A stretch of DNA of 64,000 nucleotides. Origin: Lama guanicoe (taxonomy: Eukaryota). A program made the position numbers and the translations under genes. The notes under the pieces were generated by a model that was given only the letters and a program-made list of their open reading frames with translations, made no database searches and had not been told where the DNA came from. This document shows, piece after piece, positions 63,224-64,000 of the stretch; within the stretch, counting starts at the first letter, position 1; each line of letters starts with the position of its first letter. The stretch is from assembly GCA_013239625.1 (NCBI GenBank), contig MU054400.1:3969802-4033801 (forward strand). The letters are read 5' to 3'.

Positions 63224-63805
63224 GAAAGCTCTCTGAAGCAGAAGAAAGCTGACTGGCTTTGAAAGTTTGGCAGACTCCATTTAATTGAATCTGACCTCTA
63301 TTTGAATAGAGTCCTTGGCATTTTAGCTTCTAGTGGTTCCATGAAGGTTTTGGGTGGTGAGTGCTCTAGTCCTTTCTCTCACCAGTTATATTAGACTTCT
63401 CTGGTCAATTTTCCCAATAACCTAACAGAATTTTCACATGTGAGGCACTGAGAGTGCACTGAAAAGACAGGCAGAGGCATATCGTGGCCCTGAGGGGATC
63501 ATAAACAAATGCAGACAGATGCTTGCTTACAGAGCGTGATCCTGTTCAGATAAAATAAGATGCAATTTGAAATCTAGTCTCTAATTCAGGCTTTAAAAAA
63601 AGACAAGTGTCATGGTTTTATTTATAGCTTATTTCTCAGTTCCAGCACCTTTCCTATCCAAGTTAAAACTAGTCCTCCCTCATGTCCAAAGTGTGCGGGG
63701 ATGACAAATGGCCCTGACTCATCGCCTCGCTGCATGTGAAATAAACACAGGAAAAGTGTGTTACGCTAACTTCTATTCAATAACATAAGCAAATGTTCAG
63801 CTTCA

Positions 63806-64000
63806 TTTTTTTAATTGGGGTAAAATGTACATGATATAAAATGGGCCGTTTTCACCACTCTTCAGGGCACAGTTCAGCACCATTAAGCCTATCCTCCTTA
63901 TTGTACAACTGTCGCCACTATCCGTCTCCAGAGCATCTTCTTCCTCCCAGACTGAAACTCTGCACCCGTGAAACAATAACTCCCCATTTCTGCCTCCACC
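63806..64000 (-). mobile_element. L1MB-like 3'UTR (runs off the window)
   Basis: ttttttaattggggtaaaat...ttgtacaactgtcgccactatccgtctccaga...ctgaaactctgcacccgtgaaacaataactcccc. Confidence 0.8.

Noticed and set aside
1..64000. CRISPR array, operon or other novel multi-gene system
   Set aside because: The sequence is repeat-rich mammalian non-coding DNA; I saw no regularly spaced repeats with spacers and no intact genes

Overview
Non-coding (intergenic or large-intron) eutherian DNA, most likely from a camelid (camel, alpaca or llama): it carries a tRNA-Ala-derived Vic-1-type SINE with a 16-bp TSD and camelid/artiodactyl-type L1 3' ends. I recognise no protein-coding exon, RNA gene or processed pseudogene. 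The only ORFs I can assign are degenerate LINE-1 ORF1/ORF2 remnants. Much of the window is interspersed repeat: L1, L2, MIR, MaLR/ERVL/ERV1 solo LTRs and hAT elements (MER53, MER58A, MER5, Charlie). Family names come from my recollection of consensus sequences and need RepeatMasker/Dfam confirmation; most element boundaries are approximate. The unique sequence looks regulatory: a CpG island near 14.85-15.6 kb, HOX/PBX/MEIS motif clusters and a perfect CTCF core at 50886. The most unusual structure is a recent, near-perfect ~357-bp inverted duplication (33134-33490 / 34266-34638) with an AT-rich filler at one junction. Also notable are a MER41-like LTR with altered tandem STAT sites and a chimeric L1 inside a single TSD. 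I found no convincing previously undescribed multi-component biological system.
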